A stretch of DNA of 64,000 bases from Nitrospirota bacterium (lineage in GTDB: Bacteria > Nitrospirota > JACRHJ01): the NCBI GenBank assembly GCA_963733375.1, contig CAVTDB010000006.1:1-64000 (forward strand), written 5' to 3'. Every line of letters starts with the position of its first letter. The stretch's first letter is position 1. Position numbers and translations under genes: made by a program. The notes beneath the pieces were generated by a model. That model was not told the origin of the DNA. It searched no databases and saw only the letters and a program-made list of their open reading frames with translations. Of the stretch, positions 18,744 through 28,844 are shown piece by piece.

Positions 18744-20087
18744 ATGGCTCTGTCCGGCGTAGAAATTTTTAAACATTTGCCGAAGACGAACTGCAAGAAA
18801 TGCGGCCATCCTACCTGCCTGGCGTTCGCGATGAAGTTAGCTGCGAAGCAGGCCACGCTCGACGCCTGCCCCGACGCATCGGAAGAAGCGAAGGCGTTCC
18901 TCGGCGCGGCCTCCGAGCCGCCGATTAAAGGCATCACCATCGGCGCGGGAGACAAGGCGCTGAAGGTCGGCGAGGAGACTGTGCTCTTCAGGCATGAGAA
19001 GAAATTCGTAAACCCCTGCGGGTTTGCGCTTGCTATCAAGGATACCGACACGGAGATCGAGGCCAAGGCTAAGGCCGTCGCCGAGTCCGAAATCGAGCGC
19101 GTGGGCCAGAAGCTTCGCATCGAATTAATCGCGGTGGAAAATGCCTCCGGCGACCCGGCGACATTCGCCGCCGCCGTGGCAAAGGCGGCTTCCGCCGCCC
19201 CGTCCGCGGGTATCATCCTGGTGTCGGAGAACCCCGCCGCCATCGAGGCCGCGCTGCCGCACGTCGCGGGCAAAAAGCCCCTTATCTGCGGCGCGAACGC
19301 GGACAATCTCGATGCGATGGTAAACCTCGCCAAGAGTTCAGGCTCGTCACTTTCCGTGAAGGCAGACGGGGTGGACGCAGTCTCACAGTTGACTGAAAAA
19401 GCAGTCGGGATGGGCTTCAAGGATATCGTCATCGATACCGGCGCAAGAAAGCCCAAGGACATGATAGAACAGTACACACAGGTACGCCGCGCCGCTCTGA
19501 AGAAGGGTTTCAAGCCGCTCGGTTTCCCGATTATTTCTTTCGCGGTCAATTCAGACCCATACGTCGAACAGGCGTTGGCAAGCGTGGCCATCGCGAAATA
19601 CGCGTCCATCATCGTGCTCTCGGATATTTCCAGGTGGAAGACGGTCGCGCTCATCTCGCTTCGGCAGAACATCTATACGGACCCGCAGGTCCCGATGCAG
19701 GTGGGGCAGAATATATACAAGGTCGGCGACGCCAAGGAGAACGCGCCGCTCCTTATCACGACGAACTTCTCCCTTACGTACTTCATCGTGCTGGGCGAGG
19801 TGGAGAACTCGAAGGTGCCGAGCTGGCTTGCGGTCATGGAGACGGAAGGGCTTTCGGTGCTGACAGCGTGGGCGGCGGGCAAGTTCACCGCGGCGAAGAT
19901 CGCGCAGTATATCCAGGAATCAGGCATTGAAAGCAAAATCTCCAATAAGGAGTTGATAATACCCGGTTACGTGGCTGTCCTCTCGGGCGCGCTCGAAGAC
20001 AAGCTGCCTGGCTGGAAAATTACGGTAGGGCCGAGGGAAGCCAATGCGCTCCCGGCATTTCTCAAGAACAAGACGGCTGCCGCTTAA
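18744..20087 (+). CDS. acsC: Corrinoid Fe-S protein large (gamma) subunit
   Basis: LPKTNCKKCGHPTCLAFA, NIYTDPQ, TTNFSLTYF, SVLTAWAAGKF, VGPREA. Confidence 0.96.
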   Translation: MALSGVEIFKHLPKTNCKKCGHPTCLAFAMKLAAKQATLDACPDASEEAKAFLGAASEPPIKGITIGAGDKALKVGEETVLFRHEKKFVNPCGFALAIKDTDTEIEAKAKAVAESEIERVGQKLRIELIAVENASGDPATFAAAVAKAASAAPSAGIILVSENPAAIEAALPHVAGKKPLICGANADNLDAMVNLAKSSGSSLSVKADGVDAVSQLTEKAVGMGFKDIVIDTGARKPKDMIEQYTQVRRAALKKGFKPLGFPIISFAVNSDPYVEQALASVAIAKYASIIVLSDISRWKTVALISLRQNIYTDPQVPMQVGQNIYKVGDAKENAPLLITTNFSLTYFIVLGEVENSKVPSWLAVMETEGLSVLTAWAAGKFTAAKIAQYIQESGIESKISNKELIIPGYVAVLSGALEDKLPGWKITVGPREANALPAFLKNKTAAA

Positions 20088-20108
20088 GCGGGCAAGGAGG
20101 TTGTATTT

Positions 20109-22319
20109 ATGTCGAGACACATTGCAGCAGCGGCCATACGCGGCTCTCACAAGATAGTCGCCGAGGCGGAGGAAGCGCTGAATAAGGCTATAGCGGCCAA
20201 AGGGGAAGAGTATAAGTTCGAGTTCCCCGATACCGCATTTTATCTCCCTCATGTCTTCGGCATGACCGGCATGAAGGTGGAGACCCTGGGCCAGATGAAG
20301 GATGCCCTGGACTACGCGAAGGGTATGCTCTCCGCGGAACCGGCGGCAAACGAGTACCTGCCATACCTGGGCGAGACGCTGGACGCGGGCCAGGCCACGC
20401 TCTTCGCCGAGGAGATACTGCTCGCGGCCAGGTACGTCCTGGGCCTGGAGCCTGTCGTCGATGGCGACCTGACTTATAACGGGTTCATCACGGACACGAT
20501 ACTCAGGGACCTGGGTGTCCAGCTTGTCGACGGCACCATGCCGGGCTTCGCGGTTATAATCGGCAAGGCCCCGACCGACGAGATAGCCGTCGAGATATGC
20601 CGCGACCTCCAGCAGAGAAATATCCTGACCTTCCTCTGCGGCAACGTGGACGGCGACAACGTGGCCAAACAGCTCCTCAGGAAGGGCGTGGAGATAGGCT
20701 GGGACGCAAGGCTGGTCGCGCTCGGGCCGGAGACCTACCACGCGCTCTACGCGGGCGACTGGGCATGCAGGGGCGCCCTGATGTTCGGCGGCAAGAAGGG
20801 CGGCGACGCGCTCAGCGTCCTTAAATATAACAAGGACCGCGTCTTCGCATTCGCAATGGTCCTGGGTCCGATGAGCGACCTGATATGGTCCACCGGCGCG
20901 GGCGCAATCACCTACGGCTTCCCGGCGATATGCGACACGGAAGTCCCGGAAATCCGCCCCACGGGCGTCTGCACCTACGAGCACGTCGTAAGCCAGACAG
21001 ACCATAAGAAGATAGTGGATACATGCGTGGAGACCAGGGGCCTGAAGATCATCATAACCAAGGTCCCGGTCCCCGTCGCGTACGGCCCTGCATTCGAAGG
21101 CGAACGCATCAGGAAGGAAGACACCGTTTTCGAGTTCGGCGGGACGAAGTCCGCGTCGTTCGAGTGGGTGACGGCGAAGGAGTTGTCCGACATAGAGGAC
21201 GGCAAGATCGAGGTCATCGCATCGGCGGAGACCCTGGCCAAGATCGAATCGGCCGCGCCCGGCAAGGCGGTTCAACTCCCGATGGCGCTGATGATAGAAG
21301 TCGCGGGCAGGAAGATGAACCCGGACTTCGAGCCGGTAATAGAGCGCAAGCTCCACGACTACATAAACTGCGCCCAGGGCGTCTGGCACATGGGCCAGAG
21401 AGACGTGAACTGGATGAGGATATCCGCGCAGGCCTTTAATGACGGCTTCCGGATAAAACACCTTGGCGACATCGTTTACGTTATGGTGAAAAATAAGTTC
21501 CCCGCCATCGTGGACAAGGTTCAGGTGAAGCTGTACCTGGACGACGACAAGGTGAAGGAAATACAGGAGCAGGCGAGGGCGGTCTATAAGGCCAGGAACG
21601 AGAGGGTATCGACCCTGACGGACGAGTCCGTGGATACTTTCTACTCCTGCCTGCTCTGCCAGTCCTTCGCGCCGAACCACGCCTGCGTCATCTCTCCGGA
21701 GAGGCTGGGCCTGTGCGGCGCGTACAACTGGCTGGACGCCAGGGCGGCCTACGAGATAGACCCCACCGGCCCCAACCAGCCAGTACTGAAAGGCGAGTGC
21801 ACGGACGAATTCAAAGGGCGGTGGAAGGGCGTCGACGATTACGTATTCCAGGCTTCCCACCAGACGCTTGAAGGTTTCTCGGCGTACTCCATAATGGACG
21901 CGCCGATGACCTCGTGCGGCTGCTTCGAGTGCATCGTGGCGCTTGTGCCGGAGGCCAACGGGTTCATGGTCGTGAACCGCGGCTATACCGGAATGACGCC
22001 CATCGGGATGAAGTTCTCGACGCTCGCGGGTACGGTCGGCGGCGGCGTGCAGGCCCCCGGCTTCGGCGGCATAGGGAAGTTCTTCATCACGTCCAAGAAG
22101 TTCCTGAGGGCGGATGGCGGACTGAGGAGGCTGGTATGGATGCCCAAGTCTCTGAAGGAGGCCCTGCGCGAAGACCTGATAAGGCGTTCCGAGGAGGAAG
22201 GCATGCCCGGTTTCATCGACATGATATGCGACGAGACCGTAGCCGAGGACAGCGAGAAGATGCTGGAGTTCCTGAGCGAAAAAGGCCACCCGGCGCTTAC
22301 GATGGATTCAATTCTGTAG
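20109..22319 (+). CDS. acsB: Acetyl-CoA synthase
   Basis: FPDTAFYLP, YGPAFEGERIR, FYSCLLCQSFAP..PERLGLCG, A-cluster PMTSCGCFEC. Confidence 0.97.
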   Translation: MSRHIAAAAIRGSHKIVAEAEEALNKAIAAKGEEYKFEFPDTAFYLPHVFGMTGMKVETLGQMKDALDYAKGMLSAEPAANEYLPYLGETLDAGQATLFAEEILLAARYVLGLEPVVDGDLTYNGFITDTILRDLGVQLVDGTMPGFAVIIGKAPTDEIAVEICRDLQQRNILTFLCGNVDGDNVAKQLLRKGVEIGWDARLVALGPETYHALYAGDWACRGALMFGGKKGGDALSVLKYNKDRVFAFAMVLGPMSDLIWSTGAGAITYGFPAICDTEVPEIRPTGVCTYEHVVSQTDHKKIVDTCVETRGLKIIITKVPVPVAYGPAFEGERIRKEDTVFEFGGTKSASFEWVTAKELSDIEDGKIEVIASAETLAKIESAAPGKAVQLPMALMIEVAGRKMNPDFEPVIERKLHDYINCAQGVWHMGQRDVNWMRISAQAFNDGFRIKHLGDIVYVMVKNKFPAIVDKVQVKLYLDDDKVKEIQEQARAVYKARNERVSTLTDESVDTFYSCLLCQSFAPNHACVISPERLGLCGAYNWLDARAAYEIDPTGPNQPVLKGECTDEFKGRWKGVDDYVFQASHQTLEGFSAYSIMDAPMTSCGCFECIVALVPEANGFMVVNRGYTGMTPIGMKFSTLAGTVGGGVQAPGFGGIGKFFITSKKFLRADGGLRRLVWMPKSLKEALREDLIRRSEEEGMPGFIDMICDETVAEDSEKMLEFLSEKGHPALTMDSIL

Positions 22320-22331
22320 GAGGGAATAGAA

Positions 22332-24336
22332 ATGAGCGAAGAGAAAAAAGAAAAGAGGAAGGCGTCGAGCATTGACAAATGCGCGGTAGACCTTCTCAAA
22401 TACGCGGAGGAGTGCAATATACCGACCGCATTCTCCAGGTCTGACAACATGAAGGCCTGCCCGATAGGCTCCGAGGGCGCCTGCTGCAAGATATGCGCGA
22501 TGGGGCCATGCCGCCTGAAGAGCAAGGACGGCGAAGACGCCCTCAGGGGCGTATGCGGCGCGAGCCTCGCGACAGTCACCGCCAGGAACATAGCCCGCAT
22601 GGTGGCCGGCGGCACCGCCGCCCATTCCGACCACGCGAGAGACGTGGCGAACACCCTGCTGGCGGCGGCGGAGGAGCATACCAAGGACTACCAGATAAAG
22701 GACGTGGAGAAGCTTCTGGCGGTCGCGAACAAGTTCGGCATAGACATCGCGGGCAAGTCGAAGAACGAGGTCGGGAAAGAAGTGGCGGAGTTCGCGCTCA
22801 AGGATTTCGGACAGCAGAAGGGCGAGGTCTCCTACATCCGCACCGCGACAAAGAAACGCCAGGAGTCTGTGGCGCGAGCTTGGGCTTGTCCCCAGGGGCG
22901 TGGACCGCGAGGTCTGCGAGCTTATGCACAGGACGACGATGGGCGTGGACACCGACCCCGAGGACATACTCGATTCGGCGCTCAGGACTTCGCTTGCCGA
23001 CGGCTGGAGCGGCTCGATGATAGGCACGGACTTCTCGGATATCCTGTTCGGGACCCCGAAACCCCTTAAGAGCGAGGACAGCCTGGGCGCGTTCCAGGCA
23101 AAGCACGTCAACATCGTCGTCCACGGGCACGAGCCGACGCTCTCCGAGATGATAGTGGTCGCCTCTGAACTTCCGGACATGATAGAGTACGCCAAGTCCA
23201 AGGGCGCGGAGGGGATAAACCTGGTCGGCATGTGCTGCACCTCGAATGAGATACTGCTGCGCCACGGCATAAAGTCCGCGGGCGGCTTCTTGAACCAGGA
23301 GCTTGGGATACTGACGGGCGCGGTCGAGGCGATGGTCGTGGACGTGCAGTGCATAATGCCTGCGCTCGGTGAAATAACCAAGGGCTTCCACACGAAGCTC
23401 GTCACCACCTCTCCAAAGGGCAGGATACCCGGCGCTACGCATGTCGAGTTCGACGAGCTGCATGCGATGGACGTGGCCAAGAAGATAGTCCGGCTCGCCT
23501 GCGACAACTTCCCCAACAGGAAGGACACCCGCATACCGGATTCCGGGAAGGCGATGGTCGCCGGTTTCTCCCACGAGTACATCAAGTACATGCAGGGCGG
23601 CAGGTACAGGGGCTCCTTCAGGCCGCTTAACGACGCCATCATCTCCGGGCGCATCCGGGGACTGGCGGGCATAGTCGGCTGCAACAACCCCCGCATCGAC
23701 CAGGACAGCCTCCACGACTACCTGGTGCGCGAGCTGATCGCGAACGACGTGCTGGTCGTGCAGACCGGCTGCGGCGCGCATGCCTCCGCAAAGGCCGGAC
23801 TGATGACACCGGAGACGATGGAGATGGCCGGGCCCGGCCTCCGGGAGGTATGCGAGGCGATAGGCATCCCGCCGGTCCTGCACATGGGTTCCTGCGTGGA
23901 CAATTCCCGCATCCTTACCGTCCTCACCGCGGTCGCGCAGGAAGGCGGCTTAGGCGATGACATCTCCGATATCCCTGTCGTCGGCATCGCGCCGGAGTGG
24001 ATGAGCGAGAAGGCGCTTGCTATCGCGTTTTACGCCGTGGCCTCAGGGCTGTACGTCATCTTCGGCGTAGAGTCCCCCATCGCGGCTTCGCCCACCGTTC
24101 AGAAATTAATGAGCGAGGGCTGGGAGAAGAAGATCGGCGGGAAGCTCGAGTTTATCCCCGGAAAAGAGGAAATGCTCGCGGCTACGCTCGCGCATATCGA
24201 CAAGAAGCGCGAGGCCCTGAAGCTCCGTAAGTACGAGAAGGGCAATTTCGGCGTCGAGAAGGTCCTGATGGACATGGCCGACCGCCGCAAGCTGGAGGCG
24301 TCCGCCCAGGCCCACAAAGGGATCGGCGGCATTTAA
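22332..24336 (+). CDS. cooS: Anaerobic Ni-CO dehydrogenase catalytic subunit (frameshift near 22866)
   Basis: CPIG..G.CCKICAMGPC, GTAAHSDH, VHGHEP, GMCCT, VDVQC, GCNNP, TGCG, HMGSCVDNSR, PEWMSEKA. Confidence 0.96.
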
Positions 24337-24346
24337 ATATTATGCA

Positions 24347-24376
24347 GGGGCGGCCTTAGCTGGCCGCCCCTTTTTT
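24347..24376 (+). terminator. Rho-independent terminator after cooS
   Basis: GGGGCGGCC-loop-GGCCGCCCC followed by T6. Confidence 0.8.
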
Positions 24377-24381
24377 AAACC

Positions 24382-24482
24382 GTTACTTTTCTTTTGGAAA
24401 AAAGAAAAGTAACACAAAAGAAAACCAAAGTTAAAAACAGTTTAAAAGTTTTTGGCGTTACCTTTTTACCAAAAAGGTAACG
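24382..24482. repeat. AT-rich composite palindromic element, copy 2
   Basis: GTTACTTTTCTTTT-GGAA-AAAAGAAAAGTAAC-ACAAAAGAAAA, plus CGTTACCTTTTT-ACC-AAAAAGGTAACG. Confidence 0.75.
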
Positions 24483-24527
24483 GTTTGTTTTTATTTTTCC
24501 AAGAGTCCGAAAAGGAGGATTTACGGG

Positions 24528-26236
24528 ATGGCAAAGAAAAAGGTGGGCAGCGATATCGAGATAGCCCAGGCGGCGAAAATGCTGCCTATAGGACAGGTAG
24601 CAAAGAAGCTGGGACTCAAGGAAGACGAACTCGAATATTACGGGAAGTATAAGGCGAAGGTCGAGCTTTCCGTCCTCGACAGGCTGAAGAAGAAAAAGAG
24701 CGGCAAGTTAATAGACGTGACCGCCATCACCCCGACCCCGCTCGGAGAGGGCAAGACCACGACCTCCGTGGGCCTGGCGATGGGCATGAACCTGATCGGC
24801 AAGAACACGGTGCTGAACATACGCCAGCCGAGCCTTGGGCCGGTTTTCGGCATAAAGGGCGGGGCCGCTGGCGGAGGATATGCGCAGGTCGTCCCGATGG
24901 AGGACTTCAACCTCCATTTCACCGGCGACATCCATGCCATCGGCGCGGCGCACAACCTGCTTTCCGCTTTCGTGGAAAACCACCTCTACCACGGCAACAA
25001 GCTTAATATCGACCCGCACTCCATCACCTGGCGCAGGGTCATGGATATCTCCGACAGGAGCATCAGGGAGATAATCACGGGCCTGGGCGGGAAGCTGAAC
25101 GGCTATCCCCGCGAGTCCGGCTTCGATATCACCGTGGCTTCCGAGGTCATGGCCATAATGGCCCTCACCACCAGCCTCAAGGACCTGAGGGAGAGACTTT
25201 CCCGCATAGTCATCGGGACGACCTTCGACGGCAAGGCCGTCACCGCCGAGGACCTTAAATGCGCGGGCGCGATGGCAGTGCTCCTCAAGGATGCGATTAA
25301 GCCGACGTTGGTGCAGACCCTGGAGAACACCCCGGCGTTCGTCCACTGCGGACCGTTCGCGAACATCGCGCACGGAAACAGCTCGATAATCTCCGACCAG
25401 ATGGGCGTGAAGCTCGCGGATTACGTAGTTACGGAATCCGGGTTCGGCGCGGACATGGGCGCGGAGAAGTTCATGGATATAAAATGCCGCTATTCCGGCA
25501 TTACCCCGTCCTGTGTCGTCATCGTCGCTACTATCCGGGCGCTGAAGATGCATGGCGGCACTGCGAAGGTCATCGCGGGCAAGCCGCTTCCGAAAGAGCT
25601 GGTCAATGAAAACCTCGACTGGCTCCGCGAGGGTTGCAAGAACCTGGCCAAGCAGATTGAGAACATGAAGTACTTCGGCGTGCCTGTCGTCGTCGCGGTG
25701 AACGCGTTCGCCACGGACACGAAGAAGGAGATAGACCTTTGCAGGAAGCTCGCCGTTGAGGCGGGGCCGAGGATGCGGTAACCAGCACGCACTGGGCGGA
25801 CGGCGGCAAGGGTTCTACCAAACTCGCTGAGGCGGTTGTCAAGGCCTGCGACAAGCCGAGCAAGTTCAAGTTCCTCTACCCGCTCGACGCTTCTATAAAA
25901 GAGAAGATAGAGACTATCGCGAAGAAGATATACAACGCTAAGGAAGTCACCTACGCGCCGGCGGCGGAGAAGAAGATAAAGCTATATACCGATCTTGGCT
26001 TCGACAAGCTCCCCATATGCATGGCGAAGACCCATCTCTCCATCTCGCACGACCCCGCGATGAAGAACGTGCCTTCCGGTTATACGTTCCCCGTGCGGGA
26101 CATCCGTGCCTCAGTGGGAGCGGGATTCCTCTATCCGCTGTGCGGCGACATGAGGACCATGCCGGGACTGCCTTCTTCCCCGGCAGGCGAAAGGGTGGAT
26201 TTGGACAAGGACGGCAAGATATTGGGGCTCTTCTAA
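24528..26236 (+). CDS. fhs: Formate--tetrahydrofolate ligase (frameshift near 25765)
   Basis: [65 protein letters not shown]. Confidence 0.96.
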
Positions 26237-26248
26237 TCCGCGAAAAAT

Positions 26249-26296
26249 AAAACGAAAATAAAGGGAGGCGCACGCGCCTCCCTTTATTTTCGTTTT
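26249..26296. terminator. Long-stem terminator after fhs
   Basis: AAAACGAAAATAAAGGGAGGCGC-AC-GCGCCTCCCTTTATTTTCGTTTT perfect inverted repeat. Confidence 0.8.
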
Positions 26297-26509
26297 CCCA
26301 TTTGCAATATTTTCCGTTTTCTGCTAAAACGATACATAAAAATATACTTAACTTGAGTAATAGTGCGCATGTTTTCTGAGCGGAAAATGAAAAAGTGATA
26401 TAATCAAGCAATATGCATCTTTCAACTGATAAATTAATTAATTACTGATAATTATTTATGTTTATGCCTGCAAAGGGAATCCGAAGGCGGGATAAAAAAA
26501 TTGCAAGGT

Positions 26510-26525
26510 TGGCAGAGAAATTGCA
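26510..26525 (+). promoter_or_regulatory. Putative sigma54 (-24/-12) promoter
   Basis: TGGCAGAGAAATTGCA with canonical GG-N10-GC spacing, ~50 bp before moaD. Confidence 0.6.
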
Positions 26526-26576
26526 AAGTAATCATTAGTGCAAGAACTAATTTGAGTAATTGATAGGTGATTTTAA

Positions 26577-26819
26577 ATGCAGGTAGAACTTAGGCTCTTG
26601 GCATCCATGCGGCGGCTGTTGCCCGAAAATGATCGCTCCCAGGGGTCAACCGTATTTAACCTCCGGGACGGGGCAACCTGCAAGGAACTGCTGATACGGG
26701 CGGACGTCTGGGGTAAATCGACGCTGGTAGTCCTTGTGAACGGCAGATATGCAGCCATGGAAAGGACGCTCTCGCATGGGGATGTAATATCTGTATTTCC
26801 GCCGGTAGCGGGAGGATAG
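26577..26819 (+). CDS. MoaD/ThiS family sulfur carrier protein
   Basis: LVNGR..LSHGDVISVFPPVAGG with C-terminal GG. Confidence 0.9.
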   Translation: MQVELRLLASMRRLLPENDRSQGSTVFNLRDGATCKELLIRADVWGKSTLVVLVNGRYAAMERTLSHGDVISVFPPVAGG

Positions 26820-26820
26820 C

Positions 26821-27432
26821 ATGATAAAAGGCAGAGTCCTGCTTGTGGAGGACGAGGAGACATTAAGGGCCAGCCTCTCGATGTTCCTGAAGAAGAACGG
26901 CTTTGAGGTAATCGAGGCGGAGGACGAGGAAGGCGCGCTGGTCAAACTGAAGGAAGAGGATTTCGGCCTGATCATTACCGACCTCTTCCTGGCGGACGGC
27001 AACGGGTTCGCCATCATGAAATACCTCCAGGACTGCTGTCAGGAGGCAAAGTGCATCGTCATCACCGGCCATGCCTCGCTTGATTCCGCGATAAAGGCCA
27101 TCAGAAAAGGGGCCTTCGATTACCTGCTTAAGCCTTTCGAGTACGACGAGCTGAAAGCGGCCATAGACCGCGCGATACAGAAGCAGTCGGAAGAGAAGCT
27201 TATAAACAAGCTCGACTACCTTAAAATATCCAAGAATTACAAACTGACGAAAAAAGAGATGGAGATAATCAAGATTATAATCTCCGAAGGCGTCTCCAAC
27301 GCCGAAATATCCGAAAATTTAAGCATAAGCAAGAATACCGTCAAAGTCCATCTCAGGAACATCTTCAAAAAAGTGGGAGTCGAGTCTAAAACTGCCCTCA
27401 CCACGCTCCTGCTCTCCGGCAATTCAAGATAA
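26821..27432 (+). CDS. Response regulator, REC + LuxR-type HTH
   Basis: VEDE, ITDLFL, ITGHAS, GAFDYLLKP; LTKKEMEI..SNAEISENLSISKNTVKVHLRNIFKK. Confidence 0.9.
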   Translation: MIKGRVLLVEDEETLRASLSMFLKKNGFEVIEAEDEEGALVKLKEEDFGLIITDLFLADGNGFAIMKYLQDCCQEAKCIVITGHASLDSAIKAIRKGAFDYLLKPFEYDELKAAIDRAIQKQSEEKLINKLDYLKISKNYKLTKKEMEIIKIIISEGVSNAEISENLSISKNTVKVHLRNIFKKVGVESKTALTTLLLSGNSR

Positions 27433-27504
27433 CACCTTCCAAATTTCTCCGTTTTCTGATAACCTGATTCATCATTAAAGGAGCAGCGTGCTTCTTACCA
27501 AATC

Positions 27505-27537
27505 TCCCCCTCTCCATCCTGTGGGAGAGGCGGGGGA
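27505..27537. repeat. REP-like hairpin (CCCTCTCC...GGAGAGG)
   Basis: Imperfect inverted repeat resembling the element at 56487. Confidence 0.5.
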
Positions 27538-27571
27538 ACCCATCGTTTGCGGGTCGGAGGGTTGAAGTCTA

Positions 27572-28348
27572 TTGCCGGGCGAGAAGCGGGTATTCATTAC
27601 GCGGTTTGATTCCGGGGTGCCGTCAAAAACGGAGGACCTTGTCGCGGCCGAGGAGGCCTTGACGGTTTTCGCCGACGGGCTGGAGGTGGCGACGCTCCTT
27701 TACACGCCTCCGATGACGCTGGAACTTACCCTGGGCTACCTTTTCTCGGAGGGGATGATAAAGTCGAGAGACGATATCACGTCCCTTTCTATAAAAAAGG
27801 GAAGCGTTTTCGTGGAGTTGAAAGGCGGCGCCCCGCAAAAGCGGGAGGGGAGTGCGGGGAAGACCATCACTTCCGGCTGCGGCGGAGGTGTGAGCTTTAT
27901 CTATCCCCAGGGCGTGCAGGATATAAAGAAGCTGAGATCGAAGCGCGCCATCCCGCAGGACAAGGTACTCGAACTGGCCGCGCAGTTCAGGAAGATATCG
28001 GAGCTTTTTGAAAAGACCGGAGGCGTCCATAGCGCGGCACTTTCGGACGGGAAAGAGTTTATAGCGTTCGCGGAGGACATCGGCAGGCACAACGCGGTGG
28101 ACAAGGTATTCGGCAAATGCCTTCTGGAAGGGATAAACACGGAAGATACCCTGCTCTTTACCACCGGCAGGGTCTCCTCGGAGATCCTTCTGAAATGCGC
28201 CAAGCGCCGTACCCCGGTCATCGTCAGCAGGAGCGCACCCACAAGCCTTTCGGTGAGGCTGGGGGAGAGGCTTGGCATTACGGTAATCGGGTTTGCCAGG
28301 GGGCGGAGGATGAACGTCTATACCCATCCGGAGCGGGTTCTGGCATAA
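27572..28348 (+). CDS. fdhD: Formate dehydrogenase accessory sulfurtransferase
   Basis: EE.L, GYLFSEG, SGCG, TGGVHSAA, EDIGRHNAVDK, TGRVSSE, GFARG..NVYTHPER. Confidence 0.93.
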   Translation: MPGEKRVFITRFDSGVPSKTEDLVAAEEALTVFADGLEVATLLYTPPMTLELTLGYLFSEGMIKSRDDITSLSIKKGSVFVELKGGAPQKREGSAGKTITSGCGGGVSFIYPQGVQDIKKLRSKRAIPQDKVLELAAQFRKISELFEKTGGVHSAALSDGKEFIAFAEDIGRHNAVDKVFGKCLLEGINTEDTLLFTTGRVSSEILLKCAKRRTPVIVSRSAPTSLSVRLGERLGITVIGFARGRRMNVYTHPERVLA

Positions 28349-28382
28349 AAAAAGGCGCGGCTTTTATTCAAGCCGCGCCTTG
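28347..28382. terminator. Terminator hairpin between convergent genes
   Basis: A-run-AAGGCGCGGCTT-loop-AAGCCGCGCCTT. Confidence 0.65.
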
Positions 28383-28397
28383 TTATCAGGCTCACGT

Positions 28398-28719
28398 TTA
28401 TTGCGAGATGGCGCAGAACCGGCTTATGGAATCGAAGCAGAGAAGTTTTTCGGCCCGGATTTTACTCGTTGCGAAGCCTTCTGCGTTCATGGTCGCCGGG
28501 TTCCGGACTGCCCACAGGTGGTTGGAGTCCAGGTAAATGGTGTCGTTTGAGGCGGTGGTCATTTCATAATGAGATGGCGGGTTAATCGAGACAGAGGCAA
28601 AACCCGCCGGGATCGATGGAATTAGATGACCAGCCTTCGTGAGCGGACGAGGCATATGCCGCGCCGGCAAATGCCACCAGGAAAAGCCCTGCGGCTATAA
28701 AGAGCGATAACTTTTTCAT
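28398..28719 (-). CDS. Small secreted hypothetical protein (one frameshift)
   Basis: GGAG RBS then MKKLSLFIAAGLFLVAFAGAAYA signal peptide; continues in the frame of ORF 28398-28670. Confidence 0.6.
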
Positions 28720-28844
28720 TTTTAGTCTCCGTTTTCAGTAGTGGTAAATATTATCTTATTTATAGTATAACACGGAAATTATACTTCAGTGGTTAAGTCA
28801 AATAAATTTAATATATTATTTATTATTTCGGGTGCCGTAGCGGT

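Noticed and set aside
19920-23883. Long antisense ORFs (789, 462, 361 aa) opposite acsB/cooS
   Set aside because: Shadow ORFs expected from GC-rich codon bias, with no recognisable motifs.
22332-26236. Split cooS and fhs as pseudogenes or programmed frameshifts
   Set aside because: Similar single-base shifts occur in essential valS, pth, thyX and folE, catalytic motifs are intact and there is no shared slippery motif; this fits long-read consensus error.
10096-28348. Selenocysteine or stop-codon recoding in C1 genes
   Set aside because: The breaks are frame changes rather than in-frame TGA/TAG at catalytic positions, and all three stop codons end genes normally.
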